NCBI GenBank assembly: GCA_963794155.1
Contig: CAWCCX010000006.1
Location: 2,187-66,186 of the forward strand
From: an uncultured Alphaproteobacteria bacterium
GTDB lineage: Bacteria; Pseudomonadota; Alphaproteobacteria; Rhizobiales; Beijerinckiaceae
DNA: 64,000 bases
Direction of reading: 5' to 3'
The position numbers and the translations under genes were made by a program. The notes beneath the pieces were generated by a model. That model made no database searches and was not told the DNA's origin. It was given only the letters and a program-made list of their open reading frames with translations. Shown here one piece after another: positions 21,516 to 35,257 of this stretch (its first letter is position 1; the number at the start of each line of letters is the position of its first letter).

Positions 21516-23145
21516 ATGACGATCGGTCACGACATGACCCCGAGCATCGACCCTAGCCGGCAGAGAAGCACGGGGCCGGTGCGGACCAAGCGGCCGATCT
21601 ATGTCGATCTCCTGCCGCCCTGCAATATCGCCTGCCCGGCCGGCGAGAACGTCCAGGCTTGGCTGGCGTTCGCCCAGGCCGCCAAGTTTCGAGAGGCCTG
21701 GGAGGCGCTCGTCCGGGACAATCCGCTGCCGGGCGTGCATGGCCGGGTCTGCTATCACCCGTGCGAAACGAGCTGTAATCGCAAGGACCTCGACTCTTCT
21801 GTCGGTATTCACGCAGTCGAACGCTTTTTGGGCGATCTCGCGGCGCAACACGAATGGCCGCTGCCCGTCGACGCGCCCCGCTCCGGCAAACGCGTGCTGG
21901 TGGTCGGGGCTGGTCCGAGTGGGCTCTCGGCTGCCTATCATCTGACGCGGCTTGGCCATCAGGTGGAGATCCACGAGGCAGGACCGCAGCCCGGCGGCAT
22001 GTTGCATTTCGGCATCCCCGCCTACCGGCTGCCGCGCGAGGATCTGATGAAGGAGATCCGCCAGATTGAGCGCATGGGCGTCGGGATAGTGGTCAATCAC
22101 AAAGTCGATGATGTTCTCGCCGAACAGGAAGCGGGTCAGTTCGACGCCGTCTTCATCGCAATCGGCGCCCATCTCTCCAAGCACGTGGACATTCCCGCGC
22201 GCGACGCGGTGAAGGTGCTCGATGCGGTGTCGTATTTGCACGATGTCGAGACCCACGAGGCGCCGTCGCTCGGCCGCCGCGTGGTGATCTATGGCGGAGG
22301 CAACACTGCCATGGATGCCGCCCGTACAGCGCGTCGCCTTGGCGCCGAGGAAGCGATGATTGTCTACCGTCGCGACCGGGCCCACATGCCCGCTCATGGG
22401 TTCGAGGCCGACGAAGCGCTGGCGGAGGGCATCAAGATCAAGTGGCTGACGTCGATCAAGGCGATCGACGGCGGTGATCTCACCGTCGAGGTAATGGAGA
22501 TTGACGCCGACGGCCGCGCCCAGCCGACCGGGCGAACTCGAGACGCTGAAAGCCGACGCAGTGGTGCTCGCCCTCGGACAGGAGGCGGACAGCGCCTTCC
22601 TGCGCAAGATCCCAGAGATCATTCACCAGGCCGACGGCACGGTGGTGGTCGGGCCGGACATGATGACGGCCAGGCGGGGGATCTTCGCCGGCGGCGACAT
22701 GGTGCCGACCGAGCGCTCCGTCACGGTCGCCACCGGACACGGCAAGAAGGCGGCGCACCACATCGACGCTTGGCTGCGCAGCAGCGTCTACAGCCGTCCC
22801 GCCAAGCACCCGACGGTCGACTTCGCCGGATTGAACCTGCCGATTTATGCGGACGCGATGCGCTCCACCGAACACGAGCTGCCCCTCGGAGCGCCTCGGG
22901 CCGGCTTCGATGAGGTGGTCGCCGGCCTGAGCGAGGCGGAGGCCCTGCACGAGGCCCGGCGCTGCCTCTCATGCGGCAATTGTTTCGAATGCGACAATTG
23001 CTTCGCCGCCTGTCCGGAGGACGCCATCTTCAAGCTCGGCCCGGGCCGCCGCTACGAGATCAAATACGCGCTCTGCACGGGCTGCGCGGTGTGCGTCGAG
23101 CAATGTCCCTGCCACGCCATGGAAATGATCCCCGAGCCGGCGTGA
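21516..23145 (+). CDS. GltD/PreT-like FAD/NAD(P)-binding oxidoreductase with C-terminal 2x[4Fe-4S] ferredoxin domain, +1 frameshift at 22530-22532
   Basis: PCNIACP, GRVCYHPCETSC, GAGPSG, FGIPAYRL, GGGNTAMD, AGGDM, CLSCGNCFECDNC and CTGCAVCVEQCP. Confidence 0.88.
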
Positions 23146-23192
23146 GGGAGCCCGCGCCGGCTTGCGGTCGGAATTCACAAGGAGAGCAAGTG

Positions 23193-26796
<3,604 letters not shown>

Positions 26797-26839
26797 CTGC
26801 GCGAGCACGAACTCCGAACGTTATGGTCGCGAGGATGTC

Positions 26840-27835
26840 ATGGATTTGACGACACGGTACATGGGCCTTGACCTAAAGAACCCTCTAGTCGCGTCCGCCT
26901 CGCCGCTTAACGCTGACCTCGGCAACCTAAAACGCCTCGAGGACGTCGGGACCGCGGCCGTGGTGCTTCCCTCTCTCTTCGAAGAGCAGATCGAGGCCGA
27001 GACTGCACGTTACGACCATCTGACCGGCGTGAACGCCGAAAGTTCGCCTGAAGCGCAGAGCTATTTTCCTGCACCGGCCGACTACAAGGTTGGCCCGCAG
27101 CAATATCTCGACCTTGTTCGCCGCGCGAGCGGCTCGCTCGACATTCCAGTCATCGCCAGCCTAAACGGCACGACCGACCATGGCTGGATTTCCTACGCCA
27201 AGTCGATCGAGGAAGCCGGCGCCGCTGGACTGGAGCTCAATGTCTACTTCATCCCCGCTAACCTTTCGATGACCGGTTACGACGTCGAGCAACGCTATCT
27301 AGACATCCTGAAATCGGTGCGGGCCATGGTCTCAATTCCGGTCGCGGTCAAACTCAGCCCTTATTTCAGCGCGGTCGGCAGCATGGCGCTGGCCCTCGAA
27401 CGGGCCGGCGCCGACGCCCTCGTGCTGTTCAATCGATTCTACGAGCCTGATCTCGACATCGCGCGCTTGCAGGTGCTGACCGACCTCAAGCTCAGCCAGC
27501 CGAACGAAATTCGCTTGCCATTGCTTTGGCTCGCCGTTCTCTCCGGCCGCGTAAAAGCCTCTCTCGCCGCTACGACGGGAGTCTCGTCTGCCGACGAGGT
27601 CGTGAAATACCTCCTTGTCGGGGCCGACGTCGTGATGACCACCTCGGCCCTTCTGCGTCACGGGGTGGACCACATGGCAGTCTTGATCGCAGGACTGGCA
27701 TCCTGGCTGCGATCGCGGGAGTTTGCTTCGGTCAATCAGATGCGCGGAATCATGAGTCAGGAGAGGATGCAGGATCCCCAAGCCTTCGAACGCGCCAACT
27801 ATATCAAGATCCTGCAGGGATATGTCGGCGGCTAG
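26840..27835 (+). CDS. Dihydroorotate-dehydrogenase-like FMN protein
   Basis: KNPLVASASPL, PSLFEEQI, PVIASLNG, PVAVKLSPY, LFNRFY. The active-site loop reads ELNVYFIP, without the DHOD S-C-P-N motif. Confidence 0.85.
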   Translation: MDLTTRYMGLDLKNPLVASASPLNADLGNLKRLEDVGTAAVVLPSLFEEQIEAETARYDHLTGVNAESSPEAQSYFPAPADYKVGPQQYLDLVRRASGSLDIPVIASLNGTTDHGWISYAKSIEEAGAAGLELNVYFIPANLSMTGYDVEQRYLDILKSVRAMVSIPVAVKLSPYFSAVGSMALALERAGADALVLFNRFYEPDLDIARLQVLTDLKLSQPNEIRLPLLWLAVLSGRVKASLAATTGVSSADEVVKYLLVGADVVMTTSALLRHGVDHMAVLIAGLASWLRSREFASVNQMRGIMSQERMQDPQAFERANYIKILQGYVGG

Positions 27836-27974
27836 TGGATCGAACCTAACATTTGAGTCTGGATGGGATTTTTGAACGAAGCCGCTACCGCGGCGCGCAC
27901 ATCGAGATTTTGTGAGGGTCTCCTGCCTGAGAGGATGTGGATGTTGAAGCCCATCCCTCAGACAGGAGTAGCCG

Positions 27975-28834
27975 ATGGCCCAGTTGAGCCCTCTTCGCCG
28001 CCGCATGATCGAGGACATGACCGTCCGTAACATGTCGCCGGCGACGCAGCGATCCTACGTCAGCGCGGTTTCGAAGTTCAGCCGGTATTTTGGCAAGTCG
28101 CCCGAGCAGCTGGATCTGGAAGACGTTCGCGCTTTTCAGGTCCATCTCGTCTCGACGGGCATCTCATGGCCGGTCTCAACCAGATCGTCTGCGCCTTACG
28201 CTTCTTCTACGGCATCACGCTCGGCGAGGCGAACGTTCCCGAGCGTATCCCCTATGCGCGCGAGCCGCGCAAACTGCCGGTTGTGTTGAGCGCCGACGAG
28301 GTGGTGCTGTTTCTGGAGTTCGTCTCGAGCCTGAAGAGCCGGGCGGCGTTGACCACGGCCTATGCGGCCGGGCTCAGGGCCTCGGAGGTCGCGGGGCTGA
28401 GAGTGGCGGACATCGACAGCACGCGGGGCGTGATCCTGGTCCGTCATGGCAAAGGCGCGAAAGATCGCAACGTGATGCTGTCTACGCAATTGCTCGGCAT
28501 TTTGCGCGCCTATTGGAGGCTCGCCCGGCCAACGATCTATCTCTTTCCCGGACGGGATGAAGAGCATCCGATTGATCCGACGGTGTTGCACGCTGCGTGC
28601 CGATCGGCGGTCAATGCCGCCGGGTTGACCAAGCGGGTCACGTTGCACACGTTGCGCCATAGCTTCGCGACGCATCTCTTGGAAAGCGGAACGGACATCC
28701 GGATCATTCAGGTTCTGCTCGGTCATAACAATCTGTCGTCGACGGCGCGCTACACGCAAGTCGCGACCCACACGATCCGGGCGACGCAGAGTCCGCTCGA
28801 TCGATTGTCGTTGGAGGTCATGCCGCCGGGATAG
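27975..28834 (+). CDS. Tyrosine recombinase/integrase with N-terminal SAM-like domain, -1 frameshift near 28170
   Basis: MAQLSPLRRRMIEDM N-domain; catalytic set GLRASE, HGKGAK, HTLRH, LGH, RYT intact. Confidence 0.9.
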
Positions 28835-28855
28835 ACGGGCGCTCCGGCGCTGGCA

Positions 28856-30088
28856 ATGGCACGCGCCGGAGCTTCCTTCGACCGACCGACAATCGAAGTC
28901 GCGGATATTCTGCGTCGCCATGGCGAGGCCTATCTTCGCGATCACGTCGGACATGTAGGGCGGACCGAGCAGCGCGTGATGAGCGCGATCGCGGCGTGCC
29001 GAACGGCGGCGCTCGGCGGCCATGTCGAAGCCTGCGACGATTGTGGCGCGACGCGCATCGCTTACAACTCGTGCCGCAATCGGCACTGCCCGAAGTGCCA
29101 AGGAGCGGCGCGGGCGCAATGGCTAGCCCACCGGCAGGCCGAACTGTTGCCGGTTCCCTATTTCCACCTCGTGTTCACGCTGCCCGCGCCGATCGCGGCT
29201 GTCGCCTTCCAGAATAAGAGCGCCGTCTATGCGATGCTGTTCAAGACCGCCATTGAGGCCGTGACCACGCTGGCCGCCAATCACCGCAGGCTCGGAGCGC
29301 GGATCGGCGGCCTGGCCATCCTGCACACTTGGGGGCAGGCGCTGACGCACCACCCTCACATCCATTGCGTCGTCCCCGGCGGCGGACTTTCCATCGACGG
29401 CTCCCGATGGATCGAGGCGCGCTCGAGCTTCTTTCTGGCCGTCAAGCCGCTCGCCCGGCTGTTCCGTCGCCTGTTCCTCGAACGCCTGCAAGCCGCCTTC
29501 GACGCGAAGGGCCTCGGATTCTTCGGTGATCTCGCCTATCTCGCCGATCGCGCCGCCTTCGCCGCACAGCTGGCTGCGGTGCGTCGCCTCGATTGGATCG
29601 TCTACGCCAAGAAGCCCCTTGGCGGACCCGCGCGAGTTCTCGCCTATCTCGGCCGCTACACCCATCGCGTCGCCATCGCCAACAGCCGCATCCAAGCCTG
29701 CGACGACGAACATGTCAGATTGACCTGGAAGGACTATCGCGAGGACGGCGCCGTAAAGACCATGAATTTGAAGCCCGACGAGTTCATCCGGCGCTTCCTG
29801 CTCCACGCCTTGCCCGACGGCTTCCATCGCATTCGTCACTTTGGATTCCTCGCCAATGGCCATCGAACCGAAAGGCTGGCCCTCTGTCGCTCGCTCCTGG
29901 CAAGCCAGGTCGAGCCGACAGCGCACGGAAAGGAAGAACCGGCCTCGCCCGAACCGGACAACAGTAACGGCGTCGATCCTCCGCCCTGTCCGGATTGCGG
30001 CGGGCCGATGAGGTTCGTCGCCGACCTTCCTCGTAGCGGCGAACGGCCTCGGTCCAAGACGTCGTCGTTTTGGTGCGATACTTCATGA
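28856..30088 (+). CDS. IS91-family (Y2 HUH) rolling-circle transposase
   Basis: CRTAALGG, CDDCG, SCRNRHCPKCQ zinc domain, HTWG..HPHIH HUH motif, YLGRY tyrosine pair, RIRHFGFLAN. Confidence 0.93.
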   Translation: MARAGASFDRPTIEVADILRRHGEAYLRDHVGHVGRTEQRVMSAIAACRTAALGGHVEACDDCGATRIAYNSCRNRHCPKCQGAARAQWLAHRQAELLPVPYFHLVFTLPAPIAAVAFQNKSAVYAMLFKTAIEAVTTLAANHRRLGARIGGLAILHTWGQALTHHPHIHCVVPGGGLSIDGSRWIEARSSFFLAVKPLARLFRRLFLERLQAAFDAKGLGFFGDLAYLADRAAFAAQLAAVRRLDWIVYAKKPLGGPARVLAYLGRYTHRVAIANSRIQACDDEHVRLTWKDYREDGAVKTMNLKPDEFIRRFLLHALPDGFHRIRHFGFLANGHRTERLALCRSLLASQVEPTAHGKEEPASPEPDNSNGVDPPPCPDCGGPMRFVADLPRSGERPRSKTSSFWCDTS

Positions 30089-30470
30089 GCGCCGCTGTGA
30101 CGATCCCGCCCACAATCACGGTTCGCGCCCTTTCCGTCACGCCAACAATCGGAGGCGGTCGAAACAACTTGAGCCCTCCCGAAGTCGCAGCGCTCATCAG
30201 ACGCTACTGGCGCGCACTTCCAGCCCATGCAAGCCCCGTTTCGCTGTCGGCCGCTCGCCAAACCCATCATGTTCGCCGCGCGTCGCAAGCCGAAGCGACG
30301 AAAGCGCGCTCGCGCCTTACACAAAGCCCATAGCGCCGCCAGCCAACCTCCCCGCGACTTCGTTCAATCCGGCTTCAATGAGGTAAGCTACCCTATGCTC
30401 GCAATGTTGCGCCGCGGACCTCACAGAAGCCTCTAATTCCCGACGCGGGCTCGCCGTGCGAATCTGCGCG

Positions 30471-31390
30471 ATGCGCGCTGGAAGATTGCTCTCCGTCTCG
30501 TCCGCCGATATTCGTCGGCTCAAAACCCTGGTTCAAGACCGCAACACGCCGCAGAAGCACGTCTGGCGGGCTGAAATCGTGCTGTTGACCGCCGGTGGCG
30601 TTGGCACAAATGCGATTATGTGGCGCACGGCCAAGTCGAAGACCTGCGTTTGGTGCTGGCAGGAGCGCTTTATCGAGGAGGGATTCGACGGACTGCTGCG
30701 CGCGTCCTGATGGCGAAGGCGGCCGGGCTCAGCGTCAGTTCGGTTCAACGCATCTGGCGCGCCCATGGTCCGCAATCGCACCGGACGCGCCAGTTCAAGC
30801 TGTCCAACGACCCGCGCTTCGTCGACATATTACGCGACGTCGTCGGACTCTATGTCGATCCGCCCGCACACGCCATCGTCCTGTCGGTCGACGAAAAGAG
30901 CCAGATTCAGGCGCTTGACCGCACCCAGCCCGGACTGCCGCTGGGGCGCGCCGGAACCATGACGCACGACTATGAGCTGCACGGCACGACGACGCTGTTC
31001 GCCGCGATGAATATCCTCGACGGCACGGTGATCGGCCGCAACATGCAGCGCCATCGCCATCAAGAGTTCATCCGTTTCCTCAATGTCGTCGAGAAACAGG
31101 TTCCCGTGGGAAAGACGATCCACGCGATCGTCGACAACTACGCCGCCCATAAGCATCCCAATGTTCGACAATGGCTCGAACGTCATCCGCGATGGACGTT
31201 CCACTTCACGCCGACATCCGCTTCCTGGCTCAACGCGGTCGAGGGCTTCTTCGCGACCCTCACCAAGCGGAGGCTCAAGCGTGGCGTCTTTCGCTCGGTC
31301 GCCGACCTACAAGCCGCAATCAACCGTTTCCTCGACGAGCACAATCAGCAATCCAGGCCCTTCACTTGGACCGCCGACCAGATCCACTAG
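30471..31390 (+). pseudogene. IS630 transposase remnant with internal deletions
   Basis: RAEIVLLTA..GTNAI HTH part, then a frame break, VDEKSQIQALDR, IVDNYAAHK, SASWLNAVE. C-terminus collapsed to WTADQIH*. Confidence 0.85.
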
Positions 31391-32436
31391 TTCTAGTGTG
31401 TCACGAACTAGCCCCGATTACATTGGCGGGACGAGTCCGTCCTTGCCGAACAGAACCGCGCCGGCATGTATGGAGCCGTCCGCCTGGCGCTGGCCCGGCA
31501 CAAATACCGCTTGGCCGACCTGAATGTCCGCGGCGCTCGACGGCACTAGCGCGACGACCGGCACATTCGCGGGAATGTCGATCTTCTTCTCGCCGCCCTT
31601 GTAGGTCAGCGTTACGGTTTGGCCGTCGACGGCCTTGACCGCGTTGGAGACGGTTGCGTTGGTCATCATGCTGGAGCCCGGCAGATCCCAGGGATAATGG
31701 CCCTCGGCTGTCCCCCTCATGTTATCCGGAAATACGACAACTTCCACTGATCGCAACGTGGAATCGGGCTGAGTGGCCGTCGCGGTGCCGATGAACGTGC
31801 CTTGTTTGATATCCGCCATCGACGCCTTGACGACCGCGATCGCGCCAAACTTGTCGGCTAACGTGATCGCCACGTCCTTGCCGTCCTTGGCATGGACGAC
31901 AAGTTTCGTGCCCTCGAGGCTTGCGACCGTGCCTCGCACCCGCGCCGGTTCGCCGTCCGCGCGGGCCGGTCCACTACTCAATGCGATCGGAACCAGAATA
32001 GCGGCGACAACGGGCGCAAGACGCCCGAAGCCATACTTCGGCTGCATCATTAGTTTCCTCCCATGTTTACGAGCTTCCAACGCAAGTCCGAGGCTCGCGC
32101 CAATTCCCGCTGACCACTTCGGACCGACGCTCGGGCGGCGTCCGCTGACACTTCGTCGGCTTTCGGCTTCCCGTGAAAGGCACTCAGATCGGGCGCAACC
32201 AGCTTTAACCGACATTCCATATAAACGGCGGAACCGGAGTTAGTCTGCCCCTGTTACCCCGATCTGACAAGCTCATGCTGTCGCCTCGGCCGCCGCCAAC
32301 AGGCGCCGTCGCTCCGACCCGAACGGCATATCGAAAACTCGATCGCGACAATCCGCCGTGTTGCCAAGCCTTCCCACCTCGACCACCTATGCGACCACCC
32401 CTACCGAGGATCGTCGTGACACAGTAGAACTAGTGG
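31384..32436. repeat. 23-bp near-perfect inverted repeat pair bracketing a 1.05-kb segment
   Basis: CCACTAGTTCTAGTGTGTCACGA (31384-31406) and TCGTGACACAGTAGAACTAGTGG (32414-32436) are 22/23 complementary. Confidence 0.85.
31418..32050 (-). CDS. Secreted hypothetical protein with two OB-fold-like repeats (DUF5666-like)
   Basis: GGAGG RBS, signal peptide ending ...PARA/DG, RVRGTVASLEG, GTAEGHYPWDL, TMTNATV-like segment, GGEKKIDIP. Confidence 0.75.
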   Translation of the reverse strand: MMQPKYGFGRLAPVVAAILVPIALSSGPARADGEPARVRGTVASLEGTKLVVHAKDGKDVAITLADKFGAIAVVKASMADIKQGTFIGTATATQPDSTLRSVEVVVFPDNMRGTAEGHYPWDLPGSSMMTNATVSNAVKAVDGQTVTLTYKGGEKKIDIPANVPVVALVPSSAADIQVGQAVFVPGQRQADGSIHAGAVLFGKDGLVPPM

Positions 32437-32541
32437 TCAAAGTCTGTCACTTGAGTCCCGCAGGGGGAAACCACACGGCCAGAACCACATTGGCCCAAGG
32501 TCTGTTGCCGGGCCGGAGGCCAAGGGCGCGAGCGCGAGCCG

Positions 32542-32871
32542 TTGTGTACATTGGTGAGGCGCCTATTCGCGGACCAGCGCTACGGCGTCGGGACCGGCCG
32601 GGAATCGCAGTATGGCCATCACGCGATTGCGGTGTTCCGGGTCGGACGGCCGGCGATGGACATGACGCGACGGCTGATGAACACGGTGATCACGACCTAT
32701 GGACGCGACGTGGCGACGGCCAACACGGAATTCCAGCGTGTCGGCGCCACGATGTCGGGCCGGCAGAGCCATGTCTGGCTACGCACCGACCAAGGTTGGC
32801 GAATTACAGCCGCGCATGTCAGTCTCCTGCCACCGGCGCCGGTTGCGCAGCCGACGTCCATGTCGAGGTAG
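32542..32871 (+). pseudogene. AtzH-like / HpxZ (oxalurate catabolism) protein fragment, N-terminus missing
   Basis: YGHHAIAVFR, NTVITTYGRDVATANTEF, GRQSHVWLRTDQGWRITAAHVS. Confidence 0.75.
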
Positions 32872-32951
32872 AGACTGCGAGCAGCGGTGGCCCGGCTCGA
32901 CTTGATTGCACTCATTCACCACACCCGTCGGGGAACGACCGCTTTTTGCGG

Positions 32952-33167
32952 ATAGTGTTGAAAAACTCGAATTTCCGCATCGATCACAATTCAGGAGACC
33001 GCTGGCGGCCTCGGTGAAAAATTCCTTAGGGGGTCGGCGGACCGACCGGGTTTGCCGCGTGCGACGCTCCTATATGCCCTGCCGTGAGGAGTATCGGCTG
33101 AGTTGACGCGACGCCCGCGAAAACGAGATTTTAGCGGTGGCTCAATTTCCGAGTTTTTCAACACTAT
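32952..33167. mobile_element. MITE-like non-autonomous element (about 216 bp)
   Basis: Perfect 18-bp terminal inverted repeats ATAGTGTTGAAAAACTCG (32952-69) / CGAGTTTTTCAACACTAT (33150-67); no credible internal gene. Confidence 0.75.
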
Positions 33168-33234
33168 TTGCGCGTAGCAGACGGCGGAATCGCAATGCGG
33201 ACGTTGTCGAGAGATTGAACGTCGGAGTTCGACC

Positions 33235-33670
33235 TTAAGCGGGAGATTCACGGGGCCGCGGGTCAGCTGTACGTCCGAGTACGTGCCACACCTCCATTTC
33301 ATTGGAGCCTTTCACCTTGATGGTGCCGCGGGATTCGCAATCGAATTGGTCCTCGATCAGGTCATAGGTGCGGCGGGTGATCTGGATGGTTCCGCTTGCG
33401 CCGTGGGATTCCATGAGGCTTGCCAGGTTCACGGCCGCGCCCCAGAGGTCGTAGATGAACTTCTTCCTACCAATGACACCCGCCACTACCGGGCCGGAGT
33501 TGACGCCGATACGGAACGCGAGCTTGTCATCGCCGAATGTCCGCGTGGCCACGGCCTCGCGCATGTCGATCGCAAGTTGCACGAGAGCGGCCGCGTGGTC
33601 AGGGCGCTCCCGCGGCACCCCCGCCGCGACGATGTAGCAGTCGCCGATGGTCTTGATCTTCAGGCCGCGG
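33235..33670 (-). pseudogene. Class III adenylate/guanylate cyclase catalytic-domain fragment
   Basis: KIKTIGDCY, RIGVNSGPVVAGVIGRKKFIYDLWG, VNLAS.MES. The N-terminal half, including the first metal-binding Asp, is absent. Confidence 0.85.
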
Positions 33671-33812
33671 CGTCTGTTGGTACAGAAGTTGGTATTTGCA
33701 CTTCGTTCACACAAAAAAATGCGACAAAATCAATTAGTTATATCTATTTTTCGATTCCCTCAACCGCACCAAATCTCGAAGCTCGCTCCTATCCGCGCGG
33801 GAGGATCAGGCT

Positions 33813-34050
33813 AAAATCAACCTGATCGGCTATAGCCAGACCCTGCGCGGCCACGTCGACCGCATCGCTCGCGCCATCAACGTTCCAAATGCTCAACCCA
33901 ACAGTCAGGGCGTCGCCAACGTCAGCCCCATCTTCCCCTGGGTGCGCTTGGCCCAGCGCATCCCAGTCTGTGTCCGTATTGACGAGGCGCCGCGAGGTTG
34001 CTCTTGTTGCCGGAATGACCGCCACGGTCGAGATTGAAGCGGGCTGGCGA
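33813..34050 (+). pseudogene. C-terminal fragment of an AaeA/FusE-type (HlyD family) membrane fusion protein
   Basis: Short frame reads GHVDRIARAINVPNAQPNSQGVANVSPIFPWVRLAQRIPV, then after a shift LVAGMTATVEI. Confidence 0.7.
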
Positions 34051-34092
34051 GAGGTTAAGTTTATCGGCAATCCCACCCAAGTGACGCCAAGA

Positions 34093-35127
34093 ATGGAAAA
34101 CATAGGCTTTACAGAGAAACTCTTTTCGGCGGCAAAAATAAATGCGGTCGTCGATGCGTTGGTCGGCGAAGGCGCATCGCCTTACGATGCGCTGGTGGAT
34201 GCTGACGTGAGTCTTCCGGACCTGAATTCGCCGGCGACACGCATTTCACGGAGTCAATTGATCCAATGCTATCGAAACGCGATTGCCCTGTCGCGCGATT
34301 CGCATTTGCCCTATACAATCGGTTCCGGCCTCCACCTGTCGGCCTATGGAATGTACGGCTATGCGATGCTGTGCAGCACCGATTTCCGCAGGACGATGGA
34401 CTTCGCCGTCCGATATCATCAATTGGCCACGCCTTTGGCGACGATTGCCTTCGATGAGCGCGATCGTCTCGGGACGTGGACCATCGAACCGCTGATGCAT
34501 CCGGAAATCAACTCTCAGCTCTACCGCTTTGTCACAGAGCTGCAGATTGCGACCCACATCTCCTTGCATCGCGACATCATGGGCGAACCGTTCCAGCCGC
34601 GCGAGGTCTTGCTCGCCTATCGGCCGGCCGCGGACTTTCAAATCCCCCCCGCGATCGCCGGTTGTCCCGTGAGGTTCGAGCAAGATGCCAATCGGATCGT
34701 GTTCGATGCAGCGTTCCTGGACGCCGTGCCGAAGCTTGGCAACCGGATCACCTACCCGGCGGCGATTGCCCTGTGTGACGAATTGCTCGCCAACATCGCG
34801 CTGAGCGCCGGCGCGGCCGGCAAGATTCGAAGCGTGCTTTTGCGCGATGTCGCCAACCAGCCGACCCTCTCGGCCGTCGCAAGGCTGCTCAAAACCACGC
34901 CGCGCACATTGAGACGACAACTTCAGTCCCAAAACACCTCGTTCCGACAGCTGTCCAACGAGCTCCGGGCCCATGTGGCCATACGATACCTGCGCGAGAC
35001 GAAGATGACGACCGACGATATAGCCTTCGCGCTTGGTTATAGCGACGCGGCCAACTTCCGCCATGCCTTTCGGCGATGGACCGGAAGGACGCCTCACGAG
35101 TTTCGGGAGCAGACGATGGACCTGTAA
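34093..35127 (+). CDS. AraC-family transcriptional regulator (OruR/VirS-like N-domain)
   Basis: YGMYGYAMLCS N-domain; C-terminal double HTH TLRRQL...IAFALGYSDAANFRHAFRRWTGRTP. Confidence 0.9.
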   Translation: MENIGFTEKLFSAAKINAVVDALVGEGASPYDALVDADVSLPDLNSPATRISRSQLIQCYRNAIALSRDSHLPYTIGSGLHLSAYGMYGYAMLCSTDFRRTMDFAVRYHQLATPLATIAFDERDRLGTWTIEPLMHPEINSQLYRFVTELQIATHISLHRDIMGEPFQPREVLLAYRPAADFQIPPAIAGCPVRFEQDANRIVFDAAFLDAVPKLGNRITYPAAIALCDELLANIALSAGAAGKIRSVLLRDVANQPTLSAVARLLKTTPRTLRRQLQSQNTSFRQLSNELRAHVAIRYLRETKMTTDDIAFALGYSDAANFRHAFRRWTGRTPHEFREQTMDL

Positions 35128-35257
35128 AGGCTCGCGAATGGCCTATTTGCACCCGCTAGTGGCCCAATTGCACCTTGACGCGGGGGCGCACGCACGAGAG
35201 CGTGCAGGGGTCACCGCCCTCCTTTAGCGCGCGGAATAACGGAATGGGAGGACGCCG

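Larger units (their letters stand above)
27872..30367 (+). mobile_element. IS91-like element encoding a tyrosine recombinase + Y2 HUH transposase (limits approximate)
   Basis: Integrase and IS91 transposase in tandem, bracketed by TTGAACGAAGCCGC (27872-85) and GCGACTTCGTTCAA (30354-67), a 13/14 inverted repeat. Confidence 0.8.
27833..31389 (+). mobile_element. Degenerate IS630-family element interrupted by an IS91-like element
   Basis: Terminal inverted repeat CTAGTGGATC (27832-27841) / GATCCACTAG (31381-31390), TA in CTAG at each end, IS630 transposase remnant ending at the right end. Confidence 0.65.
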
